From: Ylistrum balloti
Lineage: Eukaryota
Assembly (NCBI RefSeq): GCF_031769215.1
Contig: NW_026782794.1
Span: 310,001 to 374,000 of the forward strand
Direction of reading: 5' to 3'
Length of the DNA: 64,000 nt
Below the pieces are notes generated by a model, which worked only from the letters and a program-made list of their open reading frames with translations, was not told the origin of the DNA and made no database searches. The position numbers and the translations under genes are program-made. Of the stretch, positions 34,168-48,451 are shown in pieces. Within the stretch, counting starts at the first letter, position 1; each line of letters begins with the position of its first letter.

Positions 34168-37100
34168 CTACCGTACACTGTCGATTTCAGCATAATGATT
34201 CCCTTCGTTCACATCCAGGTTCATATAGATCTGTAACAGAAGTTCATTATCATCATCTGATGTATAATTACAAAATATCTAATATACAAAGCAGTTTGTC
34301 CTTTTACACTGATTTATAGAGGTTTTTTTTTTTATTAAAACTCTTTTATGAATATTGTCAAAACAATATTTGTTACCAGATATAACAACGTTTAATCCAC
34401 TCACTTTTGCTGTTCACAAATTGGCGAATGTAATGAAGTAATATTCATTGAGTAAGTCCACGCGACAAGTGATAGTGATATGCTAAATCTTATGTGTAAT
34501 CAATGACTGTCAGAGATAAATTTGGTGTTGAGAATTCAGTTTGGTGAAATTCACTGAAATTCACTGTGATGATGAAATTTTCTGACAAATATAAAGAGCT
34601 GAGTTTTATAAATTTCAATACTTCTAAGTAGTGTACAATTTTAACGAACCAAACGCCAATAAGATGTTGATCAAAGAAGCTTCCCGTGCTTTTTTTACTA
34701 TTTGTGAAGTTTGGTTAAAACAATATTAATATCACTATATATATTTTTTTAATATTAATATTACTATTATTACGACCAGTAGTTTTGTATTGAAGTGGCA
34801 TTAAAATCTGTTAATGAACAATAAATTCATGATACAAACCTGGCTGTCTTCTACCATACGTTGTAATCTCATACATAATTCCGAAAATTGTGGTCTGCTC
34901 ATAGGCCTTTCATTCCAACACTGTAGCATCATTGCATACCTGTAAGTACATACATTGATAATAAAAAAAATTGAAGGCGATATTTCTTTACAAATTGTAC
35001 ATGGCGTAACATAAAGAAACACTTATGTCTGGACTCGGATGTGAAACAAGGAGCCACACATTGGGATAGTATTCATCGTTCTCGACTGTTGGTATAAATA
35101 TCAAAAACAAAACTATATATATATACACCTTACATTTAATTAATATTTTGATGTTGAATCTCTTTATCTTTCATCGCTAATGTTATTTACATGTAGAGAT
35201 AAGCTGAACAATTTTTAGCCCGAAAAAAGGCCAGCAAAAATATTTTTTACCCTTCTGACTTTATTTTCACGACAACAGAAAATGTCAATGTGAAATGTTG
35301 TAAATAGCAAAAGACGCATTTACATGTAGGACAATAGCCTGACCTGATTGCAATGTATCGTAGTAGCCGGGAAAAAATCTTGTAAAGAGTAAATGTTGTA
35401 TTTGTGACTTCATTTCCATGGTAACGAATTCAAAACTAATATTTCGTCAATAGCAAAAGACACATTTAGAATCAAAATGGAATCCTTATAATTATCATTT
35501 CGCTTAATACATAGTAAATTCATCTTAACGATTACTCACATGGCTGGCTCACACTTCTTTGGTCGCCGAAGTCGGAATCCCTGTTTTAGGAGGTTACACA
35601 TCTGCTGTGTCTCTAGACCGTGATATGGTGTACCGCCCAAAGAAAAGATCTCCCACAACAGTATCCCAAACGACCATCTGGAAAGTATATATCAACAATA
35701 TATAGTTAGTAGCCAAATCGATTTGATAAAATGTTAAGAGCATGCAAATCAGACTTGATATTTCATCCTTTGTGAATGATCGATGTGAAGACATTGGATG
35801 CAGAGCATTTTTGCGTAAGCTACGTCAAACATAAATTGTTTTCCTACCTTAGTATATAATACGGACTTATTTTGCCACATACAGACTTTGCTATTTCATG
35901 TCAAGCCATGTTATATTTTCGCCTTTTCCTAAATTTATATTATATAACATTATCTAAATTAAAATTAGTCAGTTCCATATTGATTGTGCAATCTTTATGG
36001 TGAATATAGCGAGAATTTGACACTATCGTAAAAAGTTATATAAGGTCATTACTACATTTCAGTGGTATACAATTGTGATATATGCGTGAACAATTACAAA
36101 TGAGGTTTACAAGAAGGTGATTCCAATTACAGTAGTAGAATATTAATAAAGCTTACACGTCGCTCTGTGTGGTATATGTGGCATTGAAGAGAGATTCCGG
36201 TGCCAGCCATCGTACTGGAACTCTTGTCTGTACAGTGGAAATAAGTCAATTGTTAGCAACATATATCACAAAGATCCGCGAAAATGATGGAAGTTAGGAT
36301 ACTCTTAAGAAAAATTAATATAAAGTTTGGACATCAAGAACAATTACATACATTTGAAGTTTTGATGTAGGTGTCGTCGTGTTTGGACAGACCAAAGTCT
36401 GCCACCTTGGCGATCAGATTGTCATCCAGGAGCACGTTCCTAGCAGCTACATCTCGGTGGATGATCTAGAAAATCAGATAGATCACATATTAACTCGGTT
36501 ACTCGACATTTTTATTATATCTAAGATTCGCTGAGAGGATCTAATCGGTTGAAAGAACTAGTAATGAAACGGACTATTTTTGATAGAAAGATACATGTTT
36601 AGATCTTTACTTCTACTAGTACAAATGTACTTAAAACACGACCTTGTACATGATATCATCAAAGTATTGTTATTAAGTTGGATAATTGTAACTTACCTGT
36701 TTCTCTACCAAGTGGTTGAGACCTGATGCCACGTCCAATGCAAATTTCAGGAGAACAGAATTCTGTACCGGTGTTATAGACCTTGTGTTGTCGTAAATAT
36801 GAAATTTGCCCTTCCGGATTTTTCTAAGATAACTCCTTAAATCACCATTCTTTGCATATTCCATAGCAACGTACATTGTTCCTGAAAGGTAACCAATTTA
36901 GATGTATTGTATTACGAATGATATATTAACTACAGATTACTGATCAACCCATGTTTGGCGAAGTAAGATGTGACGATCATTGATATGTTCATATATCACA
37001 AACATATTTCATTTCAGAATTGCTTACAGGTCTTAGCAGCAAAATAAACAGGGTAATTGGTAAGACTAAGAAAGACGAATTAAGTGCTCATTATCTTACC

Positions 37101-40100
37101 TTGAATGTGACAAGCGCCCACCAAACACACAACGTTTGGATGATGACCGACCTTCTTCAATATATTCAGTTCATTGATGAAATCGGTTTTATCCTTCTCT
37201 GAAGCAGTTGCTACAAACGAAGACAATCTTGGATTATCATGAAAGGTAGAATAGAAAATGTCTTTATCAGGAATATTTGTATATATGTAATATATCACTA
37301 TTTCTACAACACTATAGTATTTAACAAACTTTTGTTATAAAACCTTTCTTTTTAAACCACAAAGATATTTTACTATATATTTCAATGGAACTAAATAGTG
37401 ACTTACATTTAAGAGATTTGACTGCCACGTTGATCCGATTGTCCCTGTCCTTCTTCACATATCCTTTTTTCACCATGCCAAACTGACCATGCCCCAGTTT
37501 TTCAGTTGTCAGTATCAAGTTGTATTTATTCAATTCCCATGGCCCATTCAATACTTGCTCGTAAACATGAGCTTCGGGTTCTTGGAAACTTCTCTGAAGA
37601 AGAGAAACAGCAAGTTATGCGGTATGGAATGCTTAGCGTGTCCAATTCTAAAACATTGTAGTTAAGTATTAATCTATTGTTCTTTTTTCGTTTTCGATAG
37701 ATCGTCTTTCTTTGATGTAGAGTAAAAGCAAAATATATTTCTCCTTTACATAGAGGTTTGATATTTCAATACTCTGCACCATATTCATATATGATTTATA
37801 ATGTCTGATATTAGCACAAACATTTAACTAATTTAAATTGAGTTACTTACAGTGGTAAGTCTATAGAAACGGCTGAGGAACCTGCCATGGCGTGGCCTTA
37901 GAAACAGGAAGTATACCATTGTGGCGGTAAATAACAAGGTCAAGGTCACAATACAGGATACCAGGACAGGTACTATAGCACTGGACATCTCGTACGGCAC
38001 GCTTCTCACAGATACTGAAGTTAAAGAACACACTTAACATTGTATTTACAGTACGTTACTGCAGAAAATATCCCACAGTGTAATTTAAAGAAAACCGAAG
38101 AAGTGTAAAATGTATATTTTCTTTCCAACAATTAAGATAATAAGAAGTGGTTTTATTTATTTATTTGTTAAAATACTTAAATAATGCTATACAAGGCACT
38201 TAATCTCCGTGAATTATACGCATTTACTTGTCGCTAGGTATAATTTCTCACACCAAAGTACATATACTTTACCATCAAGACACCGAAGGCCTGTGTATCC
38301 TTCAGCACAACCGCTAGGACATTCACCCGTCGTTAGATTACAAGATGCATCACCACCACACATTCCACACTTGTATGTACACCCATGACCATAGTAACCT
38401 TTTTCACAACCTGTAAAATAGACGTTACATTACAACAAACTTAAAAATCCAGCATTGTGTAGTAATAATCATGATATGATTTTGTTTGGTTTTGGAGTGA
38501 CGTTGTCTGAATGGTCAGGATTATCTGCTCCTGTAGGCCTCTCGTCAAGAGACGTTGAAGATTGCACAAAGACACACAAATGAGTATGATAATAATTAAT
38601 GTCGTTCGAAGGTTGAGTAAAACTTTTTCCATTGATGTAAAATAGTCAGCCCTACGAAGTTAATTAATTTGTGTATACATACCTTAATTTACTACTCCTA
38701 AACTACGTTGAGCACCAATTTTCGATTTCAATAGTTAACTGTTTTATACATATCAATTAATCAATCATTAAATCACGTCTATCAGTGAATGACGCTGCGT
38801 GGGAATATTTGAATCATATTAACGAAGGTGAGAACATCTACGATATCTTACAGTTTGCAGACCAGCTTAAGTAAAAAAACAAACATGTAATTGGTGGAGT
38901 ATGATGACTACGTTCACAAAAACAAAACAAATAAATAATATTATTAGTAGCACTAGCTCAATATAGCATATAAGGTCTGAAAATAACTTCAAATTGATCG
39001 CCGATAGCGTTCTGTTTTGCCCCAAATTTCACAAGAACAGAATGTTCCATGGTTTTATGTTCAGTAGTATAGAACTTCTGTTAGTATGAACTTCCGATTC
39101 CACTCGGCGATGAAGTGTTTTCATCAATTAAAACGAAATACAGTCCGTCACTAATGCTTATGTGGCCTTGGCATAGAAACTCTCCTTATACACGGCATCT
39201 CTTGTTTACAAAGGACATACGTCTTTTATACCAAAGCCTGGAACTGATACATCTATTCTAATGATGCACGTTTCGTCATGCTAGATCAGAACGAAACATG
39301 CCTACAGGGTCCACACCTATTCATAATTATAACTGTCCAACCCTCTGGTCATAATCTCTTTTGTACAAAAGTGACATTGTCTGACGTTGAAGCTTCTACA
39401 ACAGTAGAACAATCGAGTATACACCCGGGTATAATTGGACGAGAAAACTTCCGGTCGTACTTTATGTTGTCATCAGCAAGCAGAATAAGAACATCATAAA
39501 AAATAAATAGGCCAGATACGTTATCTTCTTAACATCGCTTTGTCTACTGAAAGCTCCAACTTGTGTCAGCTACAATAGGGTGGAGTTGAAATAGGAGTCT
39601 ATCTACCGACCTATTGACAGCCTGTTTCACAGAAAATATTCCTTCATTTCGTGTACATTTAAATTCAGCTAAATTAATTCCAAATTGATCACCATACCTT
39701 TAAACGTATGAATACATTTTTCAACACTGTTGGTTGATATCGCTCACTGTATGGGGTCAAGTAAGAATACTACAGTGAAATGGTACTTAATAATAAAGGT
39801 GGTTTGTTACGAACATTATCAACATTCGATTGAAGATATTGCATCGTAATCGTTACTAATCTTTAAATATAATTGTTGAGTTTTAGGAGGGATTTGTCAT
39901 TGTTTGTAAAGGTAATTTATCTTATAATTGATATGATTTCCGACATGAACTATGGTAACGCATTATTGACAGACAGTAAAATTCTAACATGAACGACTCG
40001 TGCAATTTTGTTCAACTATGCATCATTTTGTCTAATCCACTCCTATATCCGACGTCTCGAATGATACGTACTAACTTCACACCTCCGCCCTCTCCAACCT

Positions 40101-43100
40101 GGTCGGCATCCCTCTGTACAGATTCCTCGGCTGTCACATGTCGTGTTCTTATAACACTGACCACACACCATGCTGCAATTCTCACCGAAAGTTCCCGGTC
40201 GACACTCTAGAAGAGAATTATGATAGGTTTTTTTTTAAAAAAAAAAACACTAATTATAACGATTTTCTAAGTCTTATGTTTTTTCCATACTTTTCGTTAT
40301 TACATAATGACTTTTTACGATAATGTTTCAACAGAGAACGTTCAGTGGTGTGGGGGAAATGATGAAGGTTAATGGTTTCATTCTCTGTACTTAATAATCT
40401 TAATTGACAAATCACAAAAATCTCTATCAAAGGATATTTTTCAGTAATCAGGTTTAAACGTTTAAAGTGAGTTCTCATACTTTCTTGACATGTCGGTTCT
40501 TGCCAGCCGGTAGCACATCCGTACAGACACCTGCCTGTCTCGTGATCACATGTTCCATTTCTACAATTACCACATTTCCTAAGACAGCCTTTACCAAAAT
40601 ACCCGCGTGTGCATCCTGCAGTGGAATGAGGAACAATATATGAGAACCAAAATTGGTCATACGGGTATAGTTTAGTTCCCAAGTTACAAACCATCATCAA
40701 CCTAGCCGTATCTTTGACGCTTCATATTACAGTTTAATAGAGAAGTTATCTTTATCAATTTTACTGAGCTTCTGTGATGAAGTGCGGTGGCGAGAGGCCG
40801 TGTGTATAATATTATAAATACTATATGAAAAAATGAGATTGTGTATTTAAACGTACTATGAATGCAATTCTCCCCTGACCAGCCAGCTGCACATCCATTC
40901 CTGCACGAGCCGGTCACGTGATCACATGGAATGTTGTCTGCGCAATGGCCACATTTAATTGCACAATCCAGTCCATACCAACCGTTTTGACATTCTGACA
41001 AACACAAATTTGATTAGTTAGCTGCTCTGCTTTATTTGCAATCTTTTTAAAGAAAAATACATACATACATAACAGATACCATTGAAAGCAGACTGTCATA
41101 TACGTACCCGAATCGCACCTTTCCCCAGTCCAACCTTGCGTACATCCAGCGCTACACTTCCCAGACACAGTGTTACAGGCCTTGTCGAGGCGGCAGTGAC
41201 CACATGCCGCGGAACAGTCCAGACCGTACCTAAACGGCTCGCATGCTGTAGAGTAATGTGGTATGTATCAGATCATTAGAAAAACAAAAAAGAATCCTAG
41301 TAAACTTAATTGCATTCGGCCTAGTCTAAGTACAGAAATGTTCAGAAAAACTTTTTTCTCTTACAAATTAACTGGCATTTGTCTTCGTTTATTTGAAGAT
41401 TTTAATTCTTAGAGATTTGAAACAGGTTTTGGACGTTGAGATATAGGTGACCAAAACCGGAAACCTTAATAGACACAAGCTGAAGTGTGAAACTACAGGT
41501 TAGAGTGTTGGTATATCAGGGGAGATAACTGAACTAATCATAGAAGCTTAAACCCATCCTTTACCAGTACAGGCTAGTGCTAATATAGTCAGCACAGGGC
41601 AAGTACTAGGAAAGAGTAGGAAATGACGCCAAAATATCATTATAAGTAATGGGTGTGGGGAATGGGGAACGAAAAATGATTGTTTGATGTAAATGTAATT
41701 TAAAAAAAAAAAAAATCAAATATCATATGTGCTACAATCATCATGTGATACCAGTTAGATTATTAAATGGTGCTATCCATTTGATCTTCGAGATTAAAAG
41801 CGGTAGATACTGCTGATGTGCTGTTAGTACCCGATGTTTGCCGTCACAAGCCTACAACGTTCATTCGAATAGTGACACTGTGCAGAATGTATACACGTGC
41901 TTTACGTTCTTTCAACAATATCCGGTATATGAAAATTACAAAATTTACTAAAGTATGGGTAAGTGCACTTTAGTGACCTTTCTTTCGATCATTTTGGAAT
42001 TTCCTCAGTCGACTCCTAAGTTTAACATTTAGACTCTTTACATCACTGATGAGTCCTAGAAGGACTGTTTGATGCAGTCATATTCATTGTTTGACTTTAA
42101 TGTATCTTGTCTAGATTTTTATCAAATGGTTTCTTTTCACATCTCATGGGAAGGAAACTGTACACCTATCTTGAAATAAAATTCATATTATTCTCATTTC
42201 ATACAGCAGATTTTGCAACACAACAGTTGATGGAAAGACGGCCAACATGAGATAACGACTTGGACCTTTTCTTACTGGGGAATATCATCCAAGATATTAG
42301 TGTGTGGAAATAAGTGTTTCTATACACGTTGTAATGCCTACCAATATCTTAGACCTTTATTGATGCAACACAAGAATTTGGTAGTGATACGTTTCACTTT
42401 TCTTCGTAAAGTGAACAAAAAGATAAAGATAGAAATAAAATAAATAGATAAGTATTAAAGTTAAATTTTAAGCGACCCATTATGTCATCAATAATGAATT
42501 CGGACAGACTTAGTAACTTTCTTTTCATATAAATTCCTGTCAAAAACATCCAAAATTATTTCTGGTATTTTGCATCATGTCATATCACGATTGGAGACGG
42601 ATATCTTTTTGTGTACATTTCAGTTTTTACATTTCGGTTGATAATGCTATAATATACTTACATCTGTTACAGAACTGCCCCGTCCAGCCCGGTACACACC
42701 CGTCCATACACTCCCCACTCACTGGGTCACAGGTAGCGTCGTTTCGACAGTGCCCACACGAATGAACGCAGTTGATACCATAGTAAAATCTCTCACATTC
42801 TGTCACGGAAAAGATTATTTGTAGATTAACAACGTTGCAAAGGTCATAAATTGCTAAATTAGAAAACGTAATTAATTGAATTTACAATGAATTCTTATTG
42901 CAGATATGAAATCAACAATTAATTATATTAAAGTGACATATTTTATTCAAAGCTTCAGTGAGTGAAAACTATACTTGTTCCACCACAATGATTAATGTAA
43001 CCACAAGGAATAAAGATCTACATGTTGTGATTTGCAAACTAGCTTACGTTTATCGCATTCAACTCCTTTCCATCCAGCCGCACATCTCCCTAGGCATGGC

Positions 43101-44607
43101 TTGTCGCAGCCGTGTACACAGTGATTTTTACAACCTAAAAGTAAAATAACCAGTGTTTTTTTATGTATTACACTTCAGTTTGTTGTTACATTCTTTTAAA
43201 TGACATCTCTTTATTTGATATTTGTTTCTGTCGTTCTCGCCATAGCTATTCTCTTTTGTTCCTCATTAAACAATAAATTATCTGACCTCGATAATAAAGT
43301 ACATAAAGGATGAGAATCATTTGATAATTCATTTCTTCCAATATTATGTTCCCCCACTCAATGAAAAACTAGCAAATAACTGATCTTCGTACTTTATTGC
43401 GAATGAACCGCTTCATAAAGTTCAAATTTCATGGCACAGTTGGAATAAACCCGGTGCCTTATCGAGAGATGTCAGCTGTATACATATATAGATAAGCCAC
43501 TTCACACTGTTCAAAGTCTCCACACATCTTTTATTTAGTTTGACACCTTGCTCTAGTAAAGCCATGCATATAACCTTCACATATATTACATCTACACGAG
43601 TGCCGAAGTGCTAATGTACTTTATGGGAAAGGAACTAGCGAATACATTTATATAGTACTTCAACTTATGAGATCTTGAGACCGAGCGGAGACTTCCTATT
43701 CTTATTTCAAATTATGACTCTCTCTCTCTTTCTCTGTGGTAGGTTCGCCTTTCGTCATGTCACGAATTCGTGGTGTTTTTGTGCTGAGCGGTAGAGTGAA
43801 GTAATTAACTAGTGAGGGCATGCACTGCGTGAGAACACACTTCCTCTGCTTCAAACATATTTTTACGTATCAAACGAATTGTCAGAGTTGGCCGCTATTG
43901 TCTCAGAGTGTTGCGTTTAGCCACCAGAGAGAACCACGGTGTGAAATGTAGCACGTCATCCGCTTATTAACCAAGGGGCTGTGGGTAGTGACATTCGCAA
44001 ATAGAGGTGTTTGGCCAGCGTCTATTGTGTCAAAACAGGATATTTCGTGTAAATTAAAACAAACCGAAATACAAATCTAATTGTTTGTTTGCTGTCATTA
44101 TTTCAATAGTAAGTGTTTACCATTACTTATCAGATTGCACTTAGTGAATATAAAGCAATATCTAAGTAGTTCACGTGATAAGCACGTGACATGTGTTGAA
44201 CTCTGGAATGAATAGTACTCTCTTATCTTTTATTCGTATGTCTTATAGACTTTGGTCAAATTCAGTCTCTAATAATTAATAATGTTTTCGTTCCTTTTAT
44301 CTCATATTCCGGTATTCAAGAGAAAGAAGTTTTTAAAAATTCATCTTTTGAACGTTCAGATATCAAACTAAAAAATCGAGGCAGTAAACATAAACACAAA
44401 GCAAAGAAAATGTCGAGATGTTAACAGAAACTTAATTCAAATTGGATGAAACTAGCGCAAAATAAGAACTTAAGAAAGACTTGCGCGGAGTCTCGTGAAA
44501 ACAGTGCAAGGAAAATAAGAGCAGATGTCTCGGTAGATCTTGGTCAAGTAAGTAATTTCACGTTCCAACAAGAGCACAAGGTAAACAAAACGGAACCACC
44601 AGACAAA

Positions 44608-44650
<43 letters not shown>

Positions 44651-47600
44651 GTCGACCGTAAAAATCTTCATCAATCTACATGTCTCATAACCCTGGTTTT
44701 AGCTCACCTGGCCCGAAGATGCATTGCCAAACAAAATGAATGGATATCATCCAAATTCGGTCAGAAGCATTGTTGTGTGAAGGGGAATCATTTCTCTATA
44801 AACGATTTATCAAGACTCCTAAAACGGGAGGGGTGGGGCCCAATTGGGGATATATAAGTTCCTAAAATTCCTTCTTCCGTACAAAGATATTGTCCAGGGT
44901 TTGGTCTGAAGCTTTTATTAATAGTAATTCTGACTTCTGTTTGATCACAAGGCTGGGACCCAATAGTATGATTATATCAGGAAGCATTGATCATATTTGA
45001 AATTCTTTATTTATATATCAGAAATTATTTATGATATTTGAAATTCTTTATGAAAAGGCTGAATAGCTAAACTAGCCAGGTGATCGATACATGCCCCTCG
45101 GGCCTCTTGTTTTGTTTGTTTGCTTGTCAGTTGCCGAAATATTGCACGAAAATCGTGATATTAAGAACGACCCAACTGACTAACGAAACCACAGCTAAAC
45201 ACCATATGCTGGGGATGAAGGAATGTTGTTATATAGAAATGGAAAAATTAAATTTATTACACCCCTTGGAGAACAGCTGCCCCTGTTGGTTCGTTGTAAA
45301 AGTCGAGGTAAGCGGCTGATGTGAAAATTCTAGATCGCTAATATTTGGACAATATAACACCTGACACAAAGACAACGTATATTTCATCCATAATCATGTT
45401 TAAAGCTGTTTGAAAGAATTGTTTTTATCAAAAGTGGATAAAAAGAATTTAAGCTTTATTACAATTGGCAGATATTGTTAAGAAACGGACGACATTAGTT
45501 CCATCCGATTGAAGTAGATATAGTAAATATTACCTCTCTTCATCTATTTCTTTTATTCATTTATGTAAATTTTTCACAAACGTACTTTCATTTGGTGATT
45601 TCAAACCAACAAATTTATTTCATAAGTATTTAAAACAATTTTTTCTTGCATCAGAAAAAAAGCAAATGTTTAACGCGGGGAGGTTGGAACGTTCACAATG
45701 CGGAAATGAAAATAAATTATATACTATTTTCCTGATAAGAAATAAGGCTGAAGAGAAACACTGATACGTTTGTATTCGCTTATATTTATTTTGTACAACC
45801 CTGTAAAATGGCAGCTGGTAGACTTCAATTTGATTTATTCCTCGAGATATTTTTTCGTTTGTAATCTGCATGATAGTTTTAAATGAATGTAAACAGTGTC
45901 ATGGTTAAGAATAAACATGTTTACTTGTTCTTTTTAGATAATCTAATTTAATATATTTATACATGTATTGGGCTCTACTATCGCACTTTCCAAACTCTTT
46001 CGTCTAATATTGTTTTGATAAAAACTTAAGTTTATCAGCGCCGAATTAGCAATATCATCGACAATATGCTTGAAATCCGGCTTTGTCAGAGTGACTTTGT
46101 TGAAGGAGTCAAGAATACAACAATGCACAGCTGTTCCTAAGAAAAAGAATTCAATAAGGCAAACGTTGAAAAAATATGAAAATAGTACTGTTCCAAATGT
46201 GTTTATGTGTAATCTGCCGACTTTGAAACTGTACAGAAAACGACCTCTTCACATAACGAGTTTAAATGATAGCATCTTCTGAGCTATCATTATTGTAAGC
46301 ATCATTAGCTTGAATGAAAACATGGATTTTGGGTTGATTTGTTTTTACCGAAAGGAGAAGTAAATGATCATTCTCATCTTACATATTATGTATGAATTAC
46401 ACTGTGTAAAATGTAAATTAATATAACTACATATATATATATACAATGATGCTGCTTTGGTTAAGATAGGGTATACTTCCTATAATTACTCTGATATTCT
46501 TCTATTTGAAAACATTTTGCAAATAGAGAGTTTGATGGTATTACCGTTGAATAGTATATATGTTTCACGAGTATATGTAATATCGATGCTTTCAACGAAT
46601 ATTAGCTTGTACTTTGTCCTCGGACAGTAAAGAAGTTACAGTTGACAGCTTGATTGCGCTTTTTTCGAATTGAATATTATATGCCGTATTTTATGTCTTT
46701 TATGCTTTTATCTGTAAAAGGATTTTTGACGAAACCGTTGTTGATTATAAAAAAAGCACTTGGTAGACATATCAACGATTTGGTGAAAATCTACTTATTA
46801 GATTCTTGCTACATGTTGCGGACAAACATCTAATTATATTGCAGCAAGCAGAAAGCATTGGTCGTCAAAAGTTATAAAAGAATAGTACTCTAAACCGTAT
46901 CATGACTGCAGTGACACCCAATCCTAAATTATAAACTTCAATCATATTTACAAGTGAACTGGCGAATGAAAATTCAAGATTAAAAATGTAAAAATAAGTA
47001 AAATAATAATCAAATATATTGATATGTAACGAAAATGTGTCAAAAGGACATAAATTATTCAGCTAAGCCATTGCAATACGTAATGAGTTTTATTTAGGTA
47101 TTGCTTAAGTATATTTGTATGCAGAAAGTATTGCACCTATCTCTCTCGATACTAAATGATTCTCCCTAAGATAAACATGATGATAAGATATTAATTGTAG
47201 TTTTGTAATGAAACAAACTAGTTTCTATGACATACTTTTCTCCTATTACTTTGCTGAACCTATTGACCCTATATATGTTACATTTGAAATTAACCTCACG
47301 AGTGCGTTTCAGTATACATGCGTACCCTACGCGTTTCCGGACTCAATTAGTCTGCATGTGACATTTGTTAAACGTGTTGTATATTTCATTATGAAAAAAA
47401 CATGTTCCAGTTTATGACTCATAATGCCAAATCATATCTCGATTATCTCGAAATCAAGTCGTGATTTACAAAGATTATATCATTAAAATAGCACGAATTT
47501 TGCTCGAGAGGTCAGATAAATGGTGTTACAGCATTGATTATTAGTGTACTGACGACAAACACTTTTACTGTTAGGTACACTGTGCTGGTCGATTTCTGTA

Positions 47601-48451
47601 TTCATTCTTTGGTTCTACTGTATTTAATTCTAAATTCATTTTGAAATATGCTATTCACTTTAGTGTCTTTTGTACATTCTCAATACCGTAAGTTTTGAAA
47701 GTAAAACATCTTGCCTAAAAACCGTTGAAGTTTTTATATGACATAGACATACCCAATACTGTTCAGACTTAGGACATGCTTCATAAAGTTTGACAATATG
47801 AAAAAGACGATAGTAAACATTATATAACTTTAAGCAGTAAAAGTATTATAATCACTTTGTCAATATGAAAAAGACGATAGTAAACATTATATAACTTTAA
47901 GCAGCAAAAGTATTATAATCACTTTGTCTGACATGATGCTTAAAAATATTAAATCGTCCTATTATATTGATATTAAAAATAAATTTTAAAAATATCTAGA
48001 AACACTACAAACAGACTATAATTAAGAAAGTGTATGATTGATTATATAGAAATGAAAACTAACGGTGTTTATGTTCTCTATACTCAATAGCTTATCGTGT
48101 CAGTTTGACGGTTGATTGTGATGAACGTGAACAATGGTATTTAAAACCTTTGGGAAAATACTTTAATGCAAACCTTCAAAAGAAGACTCGATATGGAAGT
48201 TCAAAGTACTGAGTACAAATACTACTTTTTTAAAATTTTGTGTCATGGTAACTTACAGAGAAAACTCTAGAACATAAATATATACGTGTTGAAAATGAAA
48301 AGAAAACATTAAGTTTGGATAAGTAAGTAACTCCTTGCTTACCTTGAGTATTGGCCTGTACAGTCGACAATAATCCTAATAAAAGACACAACATAAATAT
48401 GATTCCTGTTATACTTTTCCTGGAGATGGTATAGACATGTGTTGTCGCCAT
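34168..48451 (-). CDS. Tie-family receptor tyrosine kinase with an EGF-like-repeat ectodomain (~716 aa)
   Basis: Exons (-): 48451-48343 (signal peptide); EGF exons 43134-43048, 42799-42662, 41245-41108, 40994-40857, 40615-40481, 40206-40072, 38410-38273; TM exon 38014-37851; kinase and tail exons 37593-37407, 37210-37100, 36881-36697, 36465-36352, 36227-36157, 35677-35540, 34939-34840, 34230-34168. Motifs: [46 protein letters not shown]; tail [20 protein letters not shown]. Confidence 0.88.
44608..44650. repeat. (TA)n microsatellite
   Basis: TA dinucleotide run with one interruption. Confidence 0.9.
44697..45111 (+). mobile_element. Non-autonomous Helentron-like (HINE) element in RTK intron 1
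   Basis: Starts TTTTAGCTCACCTGGC. Subterminal inverted repeat GCTCACCTGGC (44702-44712) pairs with GCCAGGTGATC (45075-45085, one mismatch). It is followed by hairpin GCCC-CTC-GGGC (45093-45103) and TCTTGTT into T-rich flank. This subTIR plus 3' stem-loop layout is characteristic of HINEs. Confidence 0.7.
47789..47925. repeat. 67 bp tandem duplication
   Basis: TTTG(A/T)CAATATGAAAAAGACGATAGTAAACATT... at 47789 and 47856. Confidence 0.9.

Noticed and set aside
35010-35090. Exon-like segment (AG...AT|GT) in an RTK kinase intron
   Set aside because: In the required phase it hits TGA after three codons, and the flanking exons already join in frame.
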